From an uncultured cyanobacterium (GTDB taxonomy: Bacteria > Cyanobacteriota > Cyanobacteriia > CAKZMO01), in the NCBI GenBank assembly GCA_963719515.1, contig CAVRCJ010000017.1, positions 1 through 64,000 of the forward strand: a DNA stretch of 64,000 bases, read 5' to 3'. Shown one piece after another: positions 1 to 9,868 of this stretch. The position numbers were made by a program, and so were the translations under genes. The notes beneath the pieces were generated by a model. It made no database searches. It was given only the letters and a program-made list of their open reading frames with translations, and was not told the origin of the DNA. Position 1 is the stretch's first letter, and each line of letters opens with the position of its first letter.

Positions 1-39
1 AGCCGCTGGACGCAACTTGTACTGATAAGTGACTTTCAT
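1..39 (-). CDS. tnpB: IS200/IS605 TnpB (RNA-guided endonuclease), N-terminus only; runs off the left edge of the window
   Basis: Minus strand from ATG at 39 reads MKVTYQYKLRPAA, resembling the HTH_OrfB_IS605 start (xxYxYRLxP). It is divergent from an RHH gene and an IS605-type end. Only 13 codons are visible. Confidence 0.7.
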   Translation of the reverse strand, partial: MKVTYQYKLRPAA

Positions 40-72
40 GCAATAATGATAGCATATTGACATCAGAACGAC

Positions 73-255
73 ATGCAGCAAATAACTATTAGAGCCGCTG
101 ACAGAGAAAAGCAGCATCTTGACAAGTATTGTGAGATGACCGAAAGAACTATCAACGATGTCCTTAGGGAGTACATCCGAAGTTTGGCCGTCTCCGGGGC
201 ATTGAGCCCCATCGACGACCGCGACTCTCATCCCGACGCTCACCCTGACGGGTAG
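73..255 (+). CDS. CopG/ribbon-helix-helix DNA-binding protein inside the IS605-type element
   Basis: MQQITIRAADREKQHLDKYCEMTERTINDVLREYIRSL fits the RHH pattern (beta strand followed by two helices). The C-terminal tail reads into the element end. Confidence 0.7.
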   Translation: MQQITIRAADREKQHLDKYCEMTERTINDVLREYIRSLAVSGALSPIDDRDSHPDAHPDG

Positions 256-279
256 AGCGCGGGGCTTCCTGTCTAGTAG

Positions 280-1056
280 CTAAAACAGATCCTTCATACC
301 CCGCAGTTTTCCAAACACCCGCGCGGGCTCCTGCAGACCGACGCGCTTCTGTAGGGCCGGCTGGTCCCAGCGCAAAAACGGGTTGGTCTGCTTTTCGACG
401 CCGATGGTGGTGGGAACCGTCGCCTTTCCGGCCTGACGCTCTGCCCTGACCTGGTCCAGACGCTGCGCCAGCGCTCCGTTGTCCCTATCTACCGTCAGCG
501 CAAACTTCAGATTGTTGAGGGTGTATTCGTGGGCGCACCACACCTGCGTCTCTTCGGGTAGCGATCGCAGCTTTGAGAGGGAGGACACCATTTGGGCAGG
601 CGTGCCCTCGAACAGCCGCCCACAGCCGCCCGCGAACAGGGTGTCGCCGCAAAACAGGTGCCCCGTATCGCCCTCACCCAAACCCGGCTCAAAGTAGTAG
701 GCAATATGGGCTTTGGTGTGGCCGGGCACAAAGTAAACCTGGGCCGAGCGATCGCCGAACGTCACGCGATCGCCCTCCTCCAGATACACCTGCTGCCCCG
801 GAATTCGTCCGCGATCGCGATCGCCCCCAAACACGACGGCGTTGGGAAAGGCTTTTAGCAGCTGGGCGTTGCCGCCGACGTGGTCGCCGTGATGGTGAGT
901 GTTGAAGATAGCCACTAGCTGTGCGTCGAGTGACGTCAGCTTTCGGAGGACTGGAGCCGCTTCTGCCGGGTCAACAACGGCAGCAATGCCTTGCTCGGCG
1001 TCGTGAAGCAGAAAAATGTAGTTGTCGGACAGAACGGGAAGGCGATAGATATTCAC
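280..1056 (-). CDS. gloB: Hydroxyacylglutathione hydrolase (glyoxalase II)
   Basis: [30 protein letters not shown] and EKQTNPFLR motifs. Probable GTG start at 1056. Confidence 0.95.
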   Translation of the reverse strand: MNIYRLPVLSDNYIFLLHDAEQGIAAVVDPAEAAPVLRKLTSLDAQLVAIFNTHHHGDHVGGNAQLLKAFPNAVVFGGDRDRGRIPGQQVYLEEGDRVTFGDRSAQVYFVPGHTKAHIAYYFEPGLGEGDTGHLFCGDTLFAGGCGRLFEGTPAQMVSSLSKLRSLPEETQVWCAHEYTLNNLKFALTVDRDNGALAQRLDQVRAERQAGKATVPTTIGVEKQTNPFLRWDQPALQKRVGLQEPARVFGKLRGMKDLF

Positions 1057-1272
1057 AAACTTCAAGTGGCGATAAACTGCAGGCCAAGCGGAGACCGGAT
1101 TTACGAAGTCTTTACCCAAAGCTTATCTGAGATTCGCTTAAGCCAGACTAAAGTTGCCGATAATAGTGACCAAACGGCGATTTTTAGCTTTAAGCTCCAG
1201 TCACCGAACGAATAGCGGTCTACGTGACTGCCATTGTAGTGACTACCGTTATATTTACTCCTATTTTTCGCT

Positions 1273-1476
1273 ATGGCATTCCTCCAGAGCGCAGCGCCCG
1301 ATCAAATTCAAGCCCGTTTAGCGCAGATCGAGTCTACGGGGAAAGTTAGTCGATATGAGTACTTCCAACTCATGTCGCGCCTGCTGGCAAATCAAGCGCT
1401 GACGTCCGAAGAGTCTGCTCGAATTAACCAGATCCTAGATGCCGTCAGGCTCAACCACATCCAGCTCGTGGACTAG
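1273..1476 (+). CDS. Small hypothetical protein
   Basis: 67-aa ATG ORF in an intergenic position. Its C-terminus (INQILDAVRLNHIQLVD) resembles small cyanobacterial hypotheticals. Confidence 0.6.
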   Translation: MAFLQSAAPDQIQARLAQIESTGKVSRYEYFQLMSRLLANQALTSEESARINQILDAVRLNHIQLVD

Positions 1477-1544
1477 CAGTCGATATCGCTTTGCTGTCGC
1501 CCAGTAAGGCGTATCGGCTAGCGTCAGCCTAGCCGCAATTATTC

Positions 1545-2573
1545 ATGACTCAATACAGGAGAAAACCTTTGCCTCAAACAGCGCCGACGATTCTCGTTAC
1601 CGGGGGAGCGGGTTATATTGGCTCCCACGCCGTCATGTCTCTCCAGCAAGCTGGATATTCCGTCATCATTCTAGACAACCTCATCTACGGCCACGAAGAC
1701 TTGGCCAAGACCGTCCTCAAAACGCCTTTAATCGTGGGTGACACCAACGATCGCGCCCTCTTAGACCGGCTGTTTTCCGAGCACGATATCGCGGCGGTGA
1801 TGCATTTCGCGGCCTACGCCTATGTAGGCGAGTCGGTAACGGACCCCGCGAAGTACTACCGCAACAACGTCACCGGGACCTTAACATTGCTAGAGGCCAT
1901 GGTGGCCGCCAACGTCAAAAAGTTTGTCTTCTCCTCCACCTGCGCCACCTACGGCGTGCCCAAGTCAATTCCGCTAGTGGAAGATCATCCCCAAGATCCC
2001 ATCAATCCCTACGGCATGACCAAGCTGATGGTAGAGCGCATCCTGGCCGACTTTGACCGGGCATACGACCTCTCTTCGGTGTGCTTTCGCTACTTCAACG
2101 CTGCCGGAGCCGACCCCGAAGGCCGCCTGGGTGAAGACCACAACCCCGAAACTCACCTGATTCCCCTCGTGCTGCAGACGGCCCTAGGGAAGCGTGAGGC
2201 CATCTCCATCTACGGCACAGATTATCCGACCCCCGACGGCAGCTGCGTTCGCGACTATATCCACGTCTGTGACCTAGCAGATGCCCACGTGCTGGGTGTT
2301 AAATACCTACTAGAGGGCAACGATAGCAATGTCTTCAACCTGGGTAACGGCAATGGATTCTCCGTACGTGAGGTGATCGAAGCCGCCCGCGAGGTGACGG
2401 GTGAGCCGATCAAAGCCATCGAGTGCGATCGCCGTCCCGGTGACCCCCCCAGCCTGGTGGGTAGCGCCGAGAAGGCCCACTCTGTGCTGAACTGGCAGCC
2501 CCGCTACGCAGACATCCGCGATATTATTGCCCACGCTTGGCAGTGGCACCAAAATCGCCACGGGCAAGCTTAG
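1545..2573 (+). CDS. galE: UDP-glucose 4-epimerase
   Basis: TGGAGYIGSH, YGMTK, RYFNAAGA, RDYIHVCDLA and RRPGD motifs. Confidence 0.95.
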   Translation: MTQYRRKPLPQTAPTILVTGGAGYIGSHAVMSLQQAGYSVIILDNLIYGHEDLAKTVLKTPLIVGDTNDRALLDRLFSEHDIAAVMHFAAYAYVGESVTDPAKYYRNNVTGTLTLLEAMVAANVKKFVFSSTCATYGVPKSIPLVEDHPQDPINPYGMTKLMVERILADFDRAYDLSSVCFRYFNAAGADPEGRLGEDHNPETHLIPLVLQTALGKREAISIYGTDYPTPDGSCVRDYIHVCDLADAHVLGVKYLLEGNDSNVFNLGNGNGFSVREVIEAAREVTGEPIKAIECDRRPGDPPSLVGSAEKAHSVLNWQPRYADIRDIIAHAWQWHQNRHGQA

Positions 2574-2764
2574 CGTGAGGTCAGCGGCCCCTTCAATAGA
2601 GCCTGAGGGGCTGCACTGGCTTTCGTGACTGGGCGCTGGGCCGGTTCCTCAGCGTGCCAGTTGGAATAGCCCCACACCATCAGCGCTGTCTCCCGTAAGA
2701 TATCTGATAGAGTCTTCGATAGGTTGTAATTCCCTATTGAAACTGCGCGTTTAACACAAGAACT

Positions 2765-3322
2765 ATGAATCTAAGAGCTCCCTCCCTCCAACCCACCGCC
2801 CGCCGCGCTCTAGCGGCGCTGGCGGCAGCAAGCTGTCTTCTCGGATCCTGGGCAACGGTGAGTTTTGCTCAAGGTCTACCTGGATTCACCATTTTTAGCG
2901 GTGTCGACCGTGAATATGAGCTTGGGTATCGACTCGATGGTGGGGGAGAAATTAACCGCTACGATCGCTATCACCTCCGCATTCCGGCAGATAAGCTGCA
3001 GACAGCGGGCGGCATGTTCGTTGTCACCTACCCCGACACCTATGAAGGAATTCTCGACCCTAGCGACATCGAGATCCGGGTCAGTGGAGATGCCGTTCCG
3101 CTAGAAGAGATTACCTGGAACGAGGAAGATCGCTTTGTAGAAATTATTCCCGTAGAAGCTATTCCCGCCCTCAGCCGCGTCGAGATTGTGTTCTCCAACG
3201 TCCGCAACCCTCGTCGCACCGGCACTCACTATTTCAACGCCCTGGTGCGCGCCCCCGGAGAAGTGATTCCGCCCCAGTACGTGGGCACCTGGATTCTTAG
3301 CTTCGGACGCCATACGGACTAA
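2765..3322 (+). CDS. DUF2808 family secreted protein
   Basis: Signal peptide, GLPGFTIFSG, NVRNP..GTHYF and YVGTW. Lies upstream of rpmH, the usual cyanobacterial position. Confidence 0.8.
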   Translation: MNLRAPSLQPTARRALAALAAASCLLGSWATVSFAQGLPGFTIFSGVDREYELGYRLDGGGEINRYDRYHLRIPADKLQTAGGMFVVTYPDTYEGILDPSDIEIRVSGDAVPLEEITWNEEDRFVEIIPVEAIPALSRVEIVFSNVRNPRRTGTHYFNALVRAPGEVIPPQYVGTWILSFGRHTD

Positions 3323-3449
3323 TCCCTCAAGGGACTTAGGTTAGCGCAGCGCGGGATCTCTCCGTATAGGCTCAGAACCTGCGCGGAGGCCGTCTGTGTC
3401 GTGGTAAGATAATGGACTGCTAATTCACTTTTATTTAGAGGAGTTTCCC

Positions 3450-3590
3450 ATGACAAAGCGTACGCTTGGTGGAACGAGCCGCAAGCGCAAGCGCGTTTCG
3501 GGATTTCGAGTGCGGATGCGTACCCACAACGGACGCCGCGTGATCACGTCGCGGCGAAAGAAAGGGCGGGCTCGTCTATCGGTTTCGTAG
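3450..3590 (+). CDS. rpmH: 50S ribosomal protein L34 (not in the ORF track, 46 aa)
   Basis: [46 protein letters not shown], with a GAGGAG RBS, upstream of rnpA. Confidence 0.97.
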   Translation: MTKRTLGGTSRKRKRVSGFRVRMRTHNGRRVITSRRKKGRARLSVS

Positions 3591-3632
3591 TTGAGGTGCC
3601 GCGCTGCTCAGGCGCTATGAGTTTTAGACGCT

Positions 3633-4040
3633 GTGGCACTGCCATCGGTCCATCGGCTTAGGCAACGCCGAGAGTTCGACCGTTTATATCGCCAAGGAAA
3701 GCGCGTTACGGCGCACCATTTTGTGCTGCGATCGCTGCGTCAGCCCCACGAAGCGGTAAGTCTAGGGGAGGCTGCCCCCTCCCGGCAGCAGCCCAGTCGA
3801 ATTGGCGTTGCTGTCAGCACTAAGGTCAGCAAGCGCGCCGTTGTTCGCAACCGCATTCGGCGGCAGGTTCAGGCTGCGATACATCAGCTTTTACCTCAGA
3901 TGCCAGGCGGCTGGCTGATTCTTATCAGCGCTCGCTCGGCTGCTACAGAGTGCGATTATTGGCAGTTTCTGAGAGAATTGGAACAGTTATTGATGCGCGC
4001 TGAGGTAATCCATGGGCATTCGGGAAGAGGTGTACTTTGA
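3633..4040 (+). CDS. rnpA: Ribonuclease P protein component
   Basis: RIGVAVSTKVSKRAVVRNRIRR motif; follows rpmH. Confidence 0.95.
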   Translation: MALPSVHRLRQRREFDRLYRQGKRVTAHHFVLRSLRQPHEAVSLGEAAPSRQQPSRIGVAVSTKVSKRAVVRNRIRRQVQAAIHQLLPQMPGGWLILISARSAATECDYWQFLRELEQLLMRAEVIHGHSGRGVL

Positions 4041-4410
4041 GGGCGGTCCTCACGTAGGGGATCTGATTATCAATGGTTTGTTGGGGTTCACCATCATTTG
4101 TCTGCCCCTAACGGTGGGAGCCATCGTCAGAGCAGTCTGGCTCCGCTACCGCATTACAGACCGGCGGCTCTCCGTGACCGGCGGATGGATGGGTCGCGAT
4201 CGCTCGGATATTATCTACTCTGAGATTGCTCGCGTGGTGACCGTTCCCCGTGGATTGGGGGCCTGGGGAGACATGGTGGTTACCCTAAAAGACGGCAGTC
4301 GACTGGAGCTGCGGGCGGTGCCTAAATTCCGCGAAGTCTACGACTACATCAACGACAAGCTAAGTGAGCGCGCCAAGAACGCCAGCGGCGCAGCGGGTGA
4401 GCGGAGCTAG
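4012..4410 (+). CDS. Bacterial PH domain (YdbS/bPH_2-like) membrane protein
   Basis: MGIREEVYFEGGPHVGDL, a hydrophobic segment, then RYRITDRR. Sits between rnpA and yidC. Confidence 0.85.
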   Translation: MGIREEVYFEGGPHVGDLIINGLLGFTIICLPLTVGAIVRAVWLRYRITDRRLSVTGGWMGRDRSDIIYSEIARVVTVPRGLGAWGDMVVTLKDGSRLELRAVPKFREVYDYINDKLSERAKNASGAAGERS

Positions 4411-4642
4411 CGTCGGAGCCGCTGCACCTGTTCATTGGGGCATCTGCAGCTTCAACGGCAAGGCCGATAAGCTGCAGCGAGAATATTGAGAGGTCTGACT
4501 GAGAGGTCTGAAAAGTATACAGGGGACGGCAGCATAAAGACTCTGTCTACCTAGGACGCGCCTGAACAGGTTGGACATAGACTAGACTAAGGGCAGTTGG
4601 CCTCTTGTGCAGGTGAGCAATCGTAACTAATCAATAAAGCGC

Positions 4643-5884
4643 ATGGATTTTGGTATTGGATTTCTCTCGAACAACATCATGTTGCCGATCCTGGATTTTT
4701 TCTACGGGGTCGTGCCTAGCTATGGCTTAGCGATTGTTGCGCTAACGCTAGTAATTCGATTTGCGCTTTACCCGTTGAGTGCGGGTTCAATTCGCAACAT
4801 GCGCCGCATGAAGGTTGCTAACCCGGTGATGCAAAAGCGGGTCAAGGAGGTTCAGGGAAAACATAAGGACGATCCTGCCAAGCAACAAGAGGAAATGTCC
4901 AAAATCTACAAAGAGTTTGGCAATCCCCTAGCGGGCTGCTTTCCTGTGGTGCTGCAAATGCCCATCCTCTTTGCGCTGTTTGCGACTCTTAGAGGATCGC
5001 CGTTTGCCGACATCGATTACACAGTCAACCTAGAAATTTTGCCCCAGGCACAAATTGAGCAGGTTCAGCCTAGAGCCTACGTCTCGAAGCCCAAAAACAT
5101 TTACATTACCGACGGGGTCCACGTCCCGCTGGTGGCGGTGATTCCCGGTGGTACCCGCCTTGGAGTAGGCGAGAAGACTCGCGTAGGATTTCAGTCTGAG
5201 GACGGAACGCAGCTCAATCAGCTTGTTGCCCAGTACCCCGAGACTGACCTAGTGCCGGTCTGGCAAGTGACCTCGGGTCAAGAGCTCGTCAGCTTTGATG
5301 AGAACGGTAATCTAGAAGCTTTAGCGCCAGGAGAAGTTACGCTCCAGGGTGAGGTTCCTGGCCTAGCCGCGAACAAGGGATTTCTGTTTATCAAGGCGCT
5401 CGGACGAGTTGGGGTGACGGGCGAAAACGGCAGCATCAACTGGGATATCCTCGGGATGGTGCTGTTCTTTGGCATCAGCCTTTACGTCAATCAGCTGCTG
5501 TCGGGCAGCGGCGGTAGCTCCGGCAATCCTCAGCAGGACACGGTTAACAAAATCACGCCTGTGCTGTTTTCCGGGATGTTTCTGTTTTTCCCGCTGCCTG
5601 CCGGCGTGCTGATGTACATGGTAATTGCCAACATCTTCCAAACCGCTCAGACGTTCATCCTTTCGAAAGAGCCGCTCCCGGAGAACCTGCAAAAGATTGT
5701 GGATGCTGCGGCTAACGGCGACGACGACCGCGAAGCGCTTCCCTTTGAGCCGAGCAGCGCTAAGAAAGAGGAAAAAGATGCCGGTAAACCTGCCGCAAAA
5801 TCTGAGCGCCGCTCGAAGCGCAAGGCTAAGCAGGCCAAGCAAACCCAATCTAAGCCAAGCCAGTCTAAGGCGGCGAAAAAGTAG
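4643..5884 (+). CDS. yidC: Membrane protein insertase YidC
   Basis: [20 protein letters not shown] and [15 protein letters not shown] motifs. Confidence 0.96.
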   Translation: MDFGIGFLSNNIMLPILDFFYGVVPSYGLAIVALTLVIRFALYPLSAGSIRNMRRMKVANPVMQKRVKEVQGKHKDDPAKQQEEMSKIYKEFGNPLAGCFPVVLQMPILFALFATLRGSPFADIDYTVNLEILPQAQIEQVQPRAYVSKPKNIYITDGVHVPLVAVIPGGTRLGVGEKTRVGFQSEDGTQLNQLVAQYPETDLVPVWQVTSGQELVSFDENGNLEALAPGEVTLQGEVPGLAANKGFLFIKALGRVGVTGENGSINWDILGMVLFFGISLYVNQLLSGSGGSSGNPQQDTVNKITPVLFSGMFLFFPLPAGVLMYMVIANIFQTAQTFILSKEPLPENLQKIVDAAANGDDDREALPFEPSSAKKEEKDAGKPAAKSERRSKRKAKQAKQTQSKPSQSKAAKK

Positions 5885-5919
5885 ATCGACGAAACAGGGC
5901 GGAATAGGGGCCAAGTACC

Positions 5920-6429
5920 GTGACAGATGGGACAACTCGCCAAATTCATCGGGCTCAGCAGTGGCTTGAGCAGCTGCTCAACCTTGCGGGCGTGACCGCC
6001 CCCGTCGAGGCAGACCCGTCTCTAATCGAGAGCGAGGGCAGCTGTTGGCTGATCATCGACGGTGAGGCGCTCTCTGAAGCTCAAACGCAGCAGCTTCTAG
6101 GTAATCGGGGCCACGCCCTAGACGCGATTCAGTACCTTGCCAATACGACCCTCAACATGGAGGGCTCCCCCGATGAGCAATGTGCCTATACCATTGAACT
6201 CAACGGCTACCGAGCCCAGAGGCAAATTGAGCTAGAGGCGATCGCCCGTCAGGCAGCCCAGCAGGTTCGAGACAGTGGCGAGGCCTACGAAATTCCTTCC
6301 CTATCCTCAGCGGAGCGGCGGCAGGTACATACGCTGATGAAGGACTATGAGGATTTAGAAACCGAAAGTCAGGGACGTGAGCCCGATCGCCGCCTAGTTG
6401 TTAAGCGACGGGAGGTTCTAGAACCATGA
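5920..6429 (+). CDS. Jag/KhpB-like KH-R3H RNA-binding protein
   Basis: LGNRGHALDAIQYL and SSAERRQVH (R3H) motifs; follows yidC. Confidence 0.88.
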   Translation: MTDGTTRQIHRAQQWLEQLLNLAGVTAPVEADPSLIESEGSCWLIIDGEALSEAQTQQLLGNRGHALDAIQYLANTTLNMEGSPDEQCAYTIELNGYRAQRQIELEAIARQAAQQVRDSGEAYEIPSLSSAERRQVHTLMKDYEDLETESQGREPDRRLVVKRREVLEP

Positions 6430-6923
6430 CGCCTATTTACATCCCCAGCCTGCTGAAGGCCCCCAACAAGACCGAAGAGGTCAGCTTTCACGAACGGTTG
6501 CCCAACCTCAATACGCTGACCCCCGTTCAGGGAATTGTTCAGGTGACCCACGGCGGCAACTTTTTGCGGGTCCAGGGCAGCGCCGAGGCCATCGTCACCC
6601 TCACCTGCGATCGCTGTCTCAATCAATACAATCACCGCCTAGTGTCGAACACCTCCGAGATTATCTGGCTGGAAACTTCTAACACAGCCCAAGAGTTAGA
6701 ACCCGAGCGAGAGCTGTCGGTGGACGAGCTGGTGGAAACGCTGTCTCCTATGGGACAGTTTCACCCTGGCGATTGGATCTATGAACAGCTATGCCTTGCT
6801 ATCCCTCAGCGACAGCTGTGCGACAGCGGCTGCGGCGGTATCTCCTGGGAGTCCTCCACGCCAAATCCAACGGACAGTCGCTGGGCCTCTCTAGAAAAGT
6901 TTAGAGAGAACCTGCTGAACTAG
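6426..6923 (+). CDS. YceD/DUF177 family protein
   Basis: CDRCL, EQLCLAIP..LC...C and DSRWASL motifs. Confidence 0.9.
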   Translation: MTPIYIPSLLKAPNKTEEVSFHERLPNLNTLTPVQGIVQVTHGGNFLRVQGSAEAIVTLTCDRCLNQYNHRLVSNTSEIIWLETSNTAQELEPERELSVDELVETLSPMGQFHPGDWIYEQLCLAIPQRQLCDSGCGGISWESSTPNPTDSRWASLEKFRENLLN

Positions 6924-7041
6924 ATGCTGCTCCACCGCTATAGCCTCTCACAGATAAGCCAAAACTATTTTGGGAGCTGCAGCCTTCTTAAAGGGAAACT
7001 GCAGCTCCAAACCCAGACAGGGCTTTACAGCCCAATACGCC

Positions 7042-8535
7042 ATGAGTTTTAGCGACGACTTCGAGCTGCTGCTGCGGGCTCGCTATCCGGTCCTGTATCT
7101 TCCTACGCTAGAGGAAGAGCGCGTTGAATCCACTATCAGAGCCGTCGCCGACCGCACCAGTCGCGGCGTCTACACCTGGGATTTTGTAGACGGCTACCAG
7201 GGCAACCCCACAGATGAGGGGTTCGGCAGGCGTAATCCGCTGCAGGCCCTAGAGCTAGCAGAAAAGCTGCCTGCATCAGCTCCCGCTATTTTTGTGCTGC
7301 GGGACTTTCATCGGTTTCTCGACGACATATCGATTGCCCGCAAGCTGCGGAACTTAGCGCGGTTGCTTAGGTCTCAGCCCAAAAATGTGGTAATTCTAGC
7401 GCCGCAGATTCAAATTCCAGCAGAGCTGGCGGATCTGATTACGGTACTGGAATTTCCGCTGCCTACCCTACCGGATATTCGGCAGACCCTGTCACAGCTG
7501 CTCAGCGGCACTGATAGCGCCTTGAACGCCCAAGATGTAGAGGAGCTGGTACGCTCCTGTCAGGGCCTTTCCATGGAGCGCATTCGCCGCATTATTGCCC
7601 GCGCTGTGGCTACCCACGGGGAGCTACGTCCAGAGGATGTGGATCTAGTGCTGGAAGAAAAGCGCCAAACCATTCAGCAGACCCAAATTTTAGATTTCTA
7701 CCCTACCCAGGCCAGCATTTCCGACATCGGCGGCCTCGACAACCTCAAGGATTGGCTGCTGCGACGCGGCAGCGCTTTTTCTGAACGGGCGCGGCAATAC
7801 GGTCTCCCCTATCCCCGAGGGCTGCTGCTGCTGGGCATTCAGGGGACGGGAAAATCCCTTACCGCCAAGGCGATCGCCCATCACTGGCACCTGCCCCTGC
7901 TGCGCCTAGACGTGGGGCGGCTGTTTGCGGGCCTGGTCGGCGAATCCGAATCGCGAACGCGGCAGATGGTGCAGCTTTCGGAGGCCATGGCCCCCTGCAT
8001 TTTATGGATTGATGAGATTGATAAGGCGTTTGCGGGTGCCGACGGGCGGGGCGATTCGGGCACCACGGGGCGGGTGTTTAGCACCTTTATCACCTGGCTC
8101 TCTGAGAAAACCTCTCCGGTCTTCGTCGTCGCCACCGCCAACAACATCCAGGCGCTACCCCCCGAGATGCTGCGGCGTGGCCGGTTTGATGAAATCTTTT
8201 TTGTCGGCCTGCCCGTTCAAGACGAGCGCAAAGCGATCTTTAAAGTCCACCTCTCCCGCCTGCGTCTCCACAACCTCAAAAGCTACGATCTAGACCGTCT
8301 GGCTTACGAGACCCCTGATTTCTCCGGCGCTGAAATCGAGCAAATTATTGTCGAAGCCATGCACACGGCCTTTAGCCAGGAGCGAGACTTTACCACCGAA
8401 GATATTCTAGAAGCGGCCAGCCAAATTGTGCCCCTAGCCCGCACGGCCCAAGAGCAAATCCAGGCGATGCAGGACTGGGCGGCTTCAGGGCGAGCGCGAC
8501 TGGCGTCGCGAGTGTCATTTCCTCCTCGGCTATAG
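7042..8535 (+). CDS. ycf46: Ycf46-like AAA+ ATPase
   Basis: [28 protein letters not shown] and [14 protein letters not shown] at 7042. Confidence 0.9.
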   Translation: MSFSDDFELLLRARYPVLYLPTLEEERVESTIRAVADRTSRGVYTWDFVDGYQGNPTDEGFGRRNPLQALELAEKLPASAPAIFVLRDFHRFLDDISIARKLRNLARLLRSQPKNVVILAPQIQIPAELADLITVLEFPLPTLPDIRQTLSQLLSGTDSALNAQDVEELVRSCQGLSMERIRRIIARAVATHGELRPEDVDLVLEEKRQTIQQTQILDFYPTQASISDIGGLDNLKDWLLRRGSAFSERARQYGLPYPRGLLLLGIQGTGKSLTAKAIAHHWHLPLLRLDVGRLFAGLVGESESRTRQMVQLSEAMAPCILWIDEIDKAFAGADGRGDSGTTGRVFSTFITWLSEKTSPVFVVATANNIQALPPEMLRRGRFDEIFFVGLPVQDERKAIFKVHLSRLRLHNLKSYDLDRLAYETPDFSGAEIEQIIVEAMHTAFSQERDFTTEDILEAASQIVPLARTAQEQIQAMQDWAASGRARLASRVSFPPRL

Positions 8536-8556
8536 TCCGCTGGGCGCATTCTTTAG

Positions 8557-8948
8557 CTACTAGACAGGAAGCCCCGCGCTCTACCCGTCAGGGTGAGCGT
8601 CGGGATGAGAGTCGCGCTAGCCGAAGTGCGCCCGCAAAATGATGCACAGCGGATAGTGCGCTCAGCGCTGAGGCTAGCAGTTGGTATGATAGAGATAGCA
8701 AGGTGATACACCCCGCAAAGAGTGTGACGGGCCCGTAGGCGAAAGCTGCAAGTCACCCGTTCCTCAGTTTGCAAATGTATCTGCGACACATAGTGCGTAT
8801 CCTCCCTCGCGGAGATGAAAATTCAAAACTCTGCCGTGGGGCATCAGGCGGAGTATAAACCTATCTCAGGATATGTCCCGGCAATAGCTGGGAGTCACTG
8901 AGGAAGCCCGCGCTGTACAGCTTGCTGTCAGCGTCGGGAGGATGTCAC
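8557..8948 (+). mobile_element. Non-autonomous IS200/IS605 mini-element (PATE/MITE-like), 392 bp, no transposase
   Basis: Left-end hairpin ~8573-8604, identical to the copy at the window start. Right-end hairpin CCCG-CGCTG-T-ACAG-CTTG-CTGT-CAGCG-T-CGGG (8907-8938) followed by AGGATGTCAC. Preceded by TTTAG (8552-8556), with no target duplication. Confidence 0.85.
8682..8690 (+). promoter_or_regulatory. Putative extended -10 promoter (TGgTATGAT) inside the mini-element
   Basis: TG-n-TATGAT immediately upstream of the structured region. Confidence 0.5.
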
Positions 8949-8968
8949 TAAGCTTGTTTGCAACAAGC
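8697..8968 (+). ncRNA. Candidate omegaRNA/reRNA-like structured RNA with flanking guide
   Basis: Several stems, including a GAAA tetraloop at 8741-8744, CTCTGCC/GGCGGAG, TCCCGGC/GCTGGGA, and long-range TTCCTCAGT (8760-8768) / ACTGAGGAA (8897-8905). Ends in the right-end hairpin. Confidence 0.55.
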
Positions 8969-9026
8969 GCACTGGCAACAGGCGTATTAGCTGCGGGCGC
9001 GTTTATCGGCCTCGGAGGACGAGATA

Positions 9027-9485
9027 GTGCTAAGAGTATTACAGGGACTGCTGGGGGCGTGTCTTGCGATCGCGGTTTTGTTCGGCTCGGGTGTGGTGGC
9101 TGCTCGCTACTTCATGACGCGTTTGACGGCCCTACCGCCCCGGCCCACTTTTGCCGAAGAGGCCCCACCAGAACCCGCTGCCCCGCCGCCGTCAGAACCC
9201 GCTGCGCCAGCGGAAGCAGTCGCCCCACCAGAACCCGCTGTCCCGCCAGAAACAGACCCCGCTGCGGATAACCCCAACGCCTTTCAGGCGCGAGTTGTAC
9301 AGCCTATTGGCCTTATCCTGCGAGAAGGGCCAGACGTCTCCACCACTCAGCTGGGCGGCGTCGAATACAACGAAGAGGTGACCGTTCTCAGCGAGAGCGA
9401 AGACGGCCAGTGGGTGCAGGTGCAGCTTTTGGGTAGCGAGGTGGTGGGTTGGGTGAAAGCGGGTAATACGGAACGGATTGAGTGA
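9027..9485 (+). CDS. Membrane-anchored SH3-domain protein
   Basis: N-terminal TM segment, Pro/Ala/Glu linker, GLILREGP..WVQV..GWVKAGN (SH3b). Confidence 0.85.
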   Translation: MLRVLQGLLGACLAIAVLFGSGVVAARYFMTRLTALPPRPTFAEEAPPEPAAPPPSEPAAPAEAVAPPEPAVPPETDPAADNPNAFQARVVQPIGLILREGPDVSTTQLGGVEYNEEVTVLSESEDGQWVQVQLLGSEVVGWVKAGNTERIE

Positions 9486-9629
9486 GCCGCAAATATTAAC
9501 TTAGTTTAAACGAACTAAAACTTTAGTTGCAAACTGCCTTCTGTTTTGGGGATGGCCTCGACGACCATGGTAGCGTGAGCACTATCCAGATTTTCATGTT
9601 TGTGCTCTCAGACAGGCCATAACAAACCC

Positions 9630-9800
9630 ATGTACAACAAAGATACTCAAAAAGACTGGTGGACAGCGGCGATAACGGCGGGGCTAGGGGCCGGTGTCGT
9701 GACGACCCTAGCGGTGAGCCAGGGACAGAATCCCCTGGCTGCACTGGCGGTTACGGCGGTGGCTACGGGTGCCGCTCTAGCAATTGACCACTATTTGTAG
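9630..9800 (+). CDS. Small hydrophobic hypothetical protein
   Basis: 56-aa ORF with two hydrophobic helices (GQNPLAALAVTAVAT), followed by a terminator. Confidence 0.7.
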   Translation: MYNKDTQKDWWTAAITAGLGAGVVTTLAVSQGQNPLAALAVTAVATGAALAIDHYL

Positions 9801-9840
9801 AGCCGTCGAGGCGGCTCAAGACTATCTATCTCGATGAATC

Positions 9841-9868
9841 AACAGTCCTACTCAAGGACTGTTTTTTT
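9841..9868 (+). terminator. Rho-independent terminator
   Basis: AACAGTCCT-ACTCA-AGGACTGTT followed by a T run. Confidence 0.8.

Larger units (their letters stand above)
1..279 (-). mobile_element. IS200/IS605-family element (left end + RHH + tnpB start), partial
   Basis: Subterminal hairpin CCCG-CGCTC-T-ACCC-GTCA-GGGT-GAGCG-T-CGGG on the minus strand. 220-284 is the exact reverse complement of 8552-8616. The element boundary follows TTTAG. Confidence 0.8.

Noticed and set aside
8553..8789. 78-aa minus-strand ORF in the mini-element (also ORF 8942-9271)
   Set aside because: No TnpA HUH/Tyr or TnpB motifs. The first runs through the end hairpin; the second overlaps the SH3 gene out of frame.
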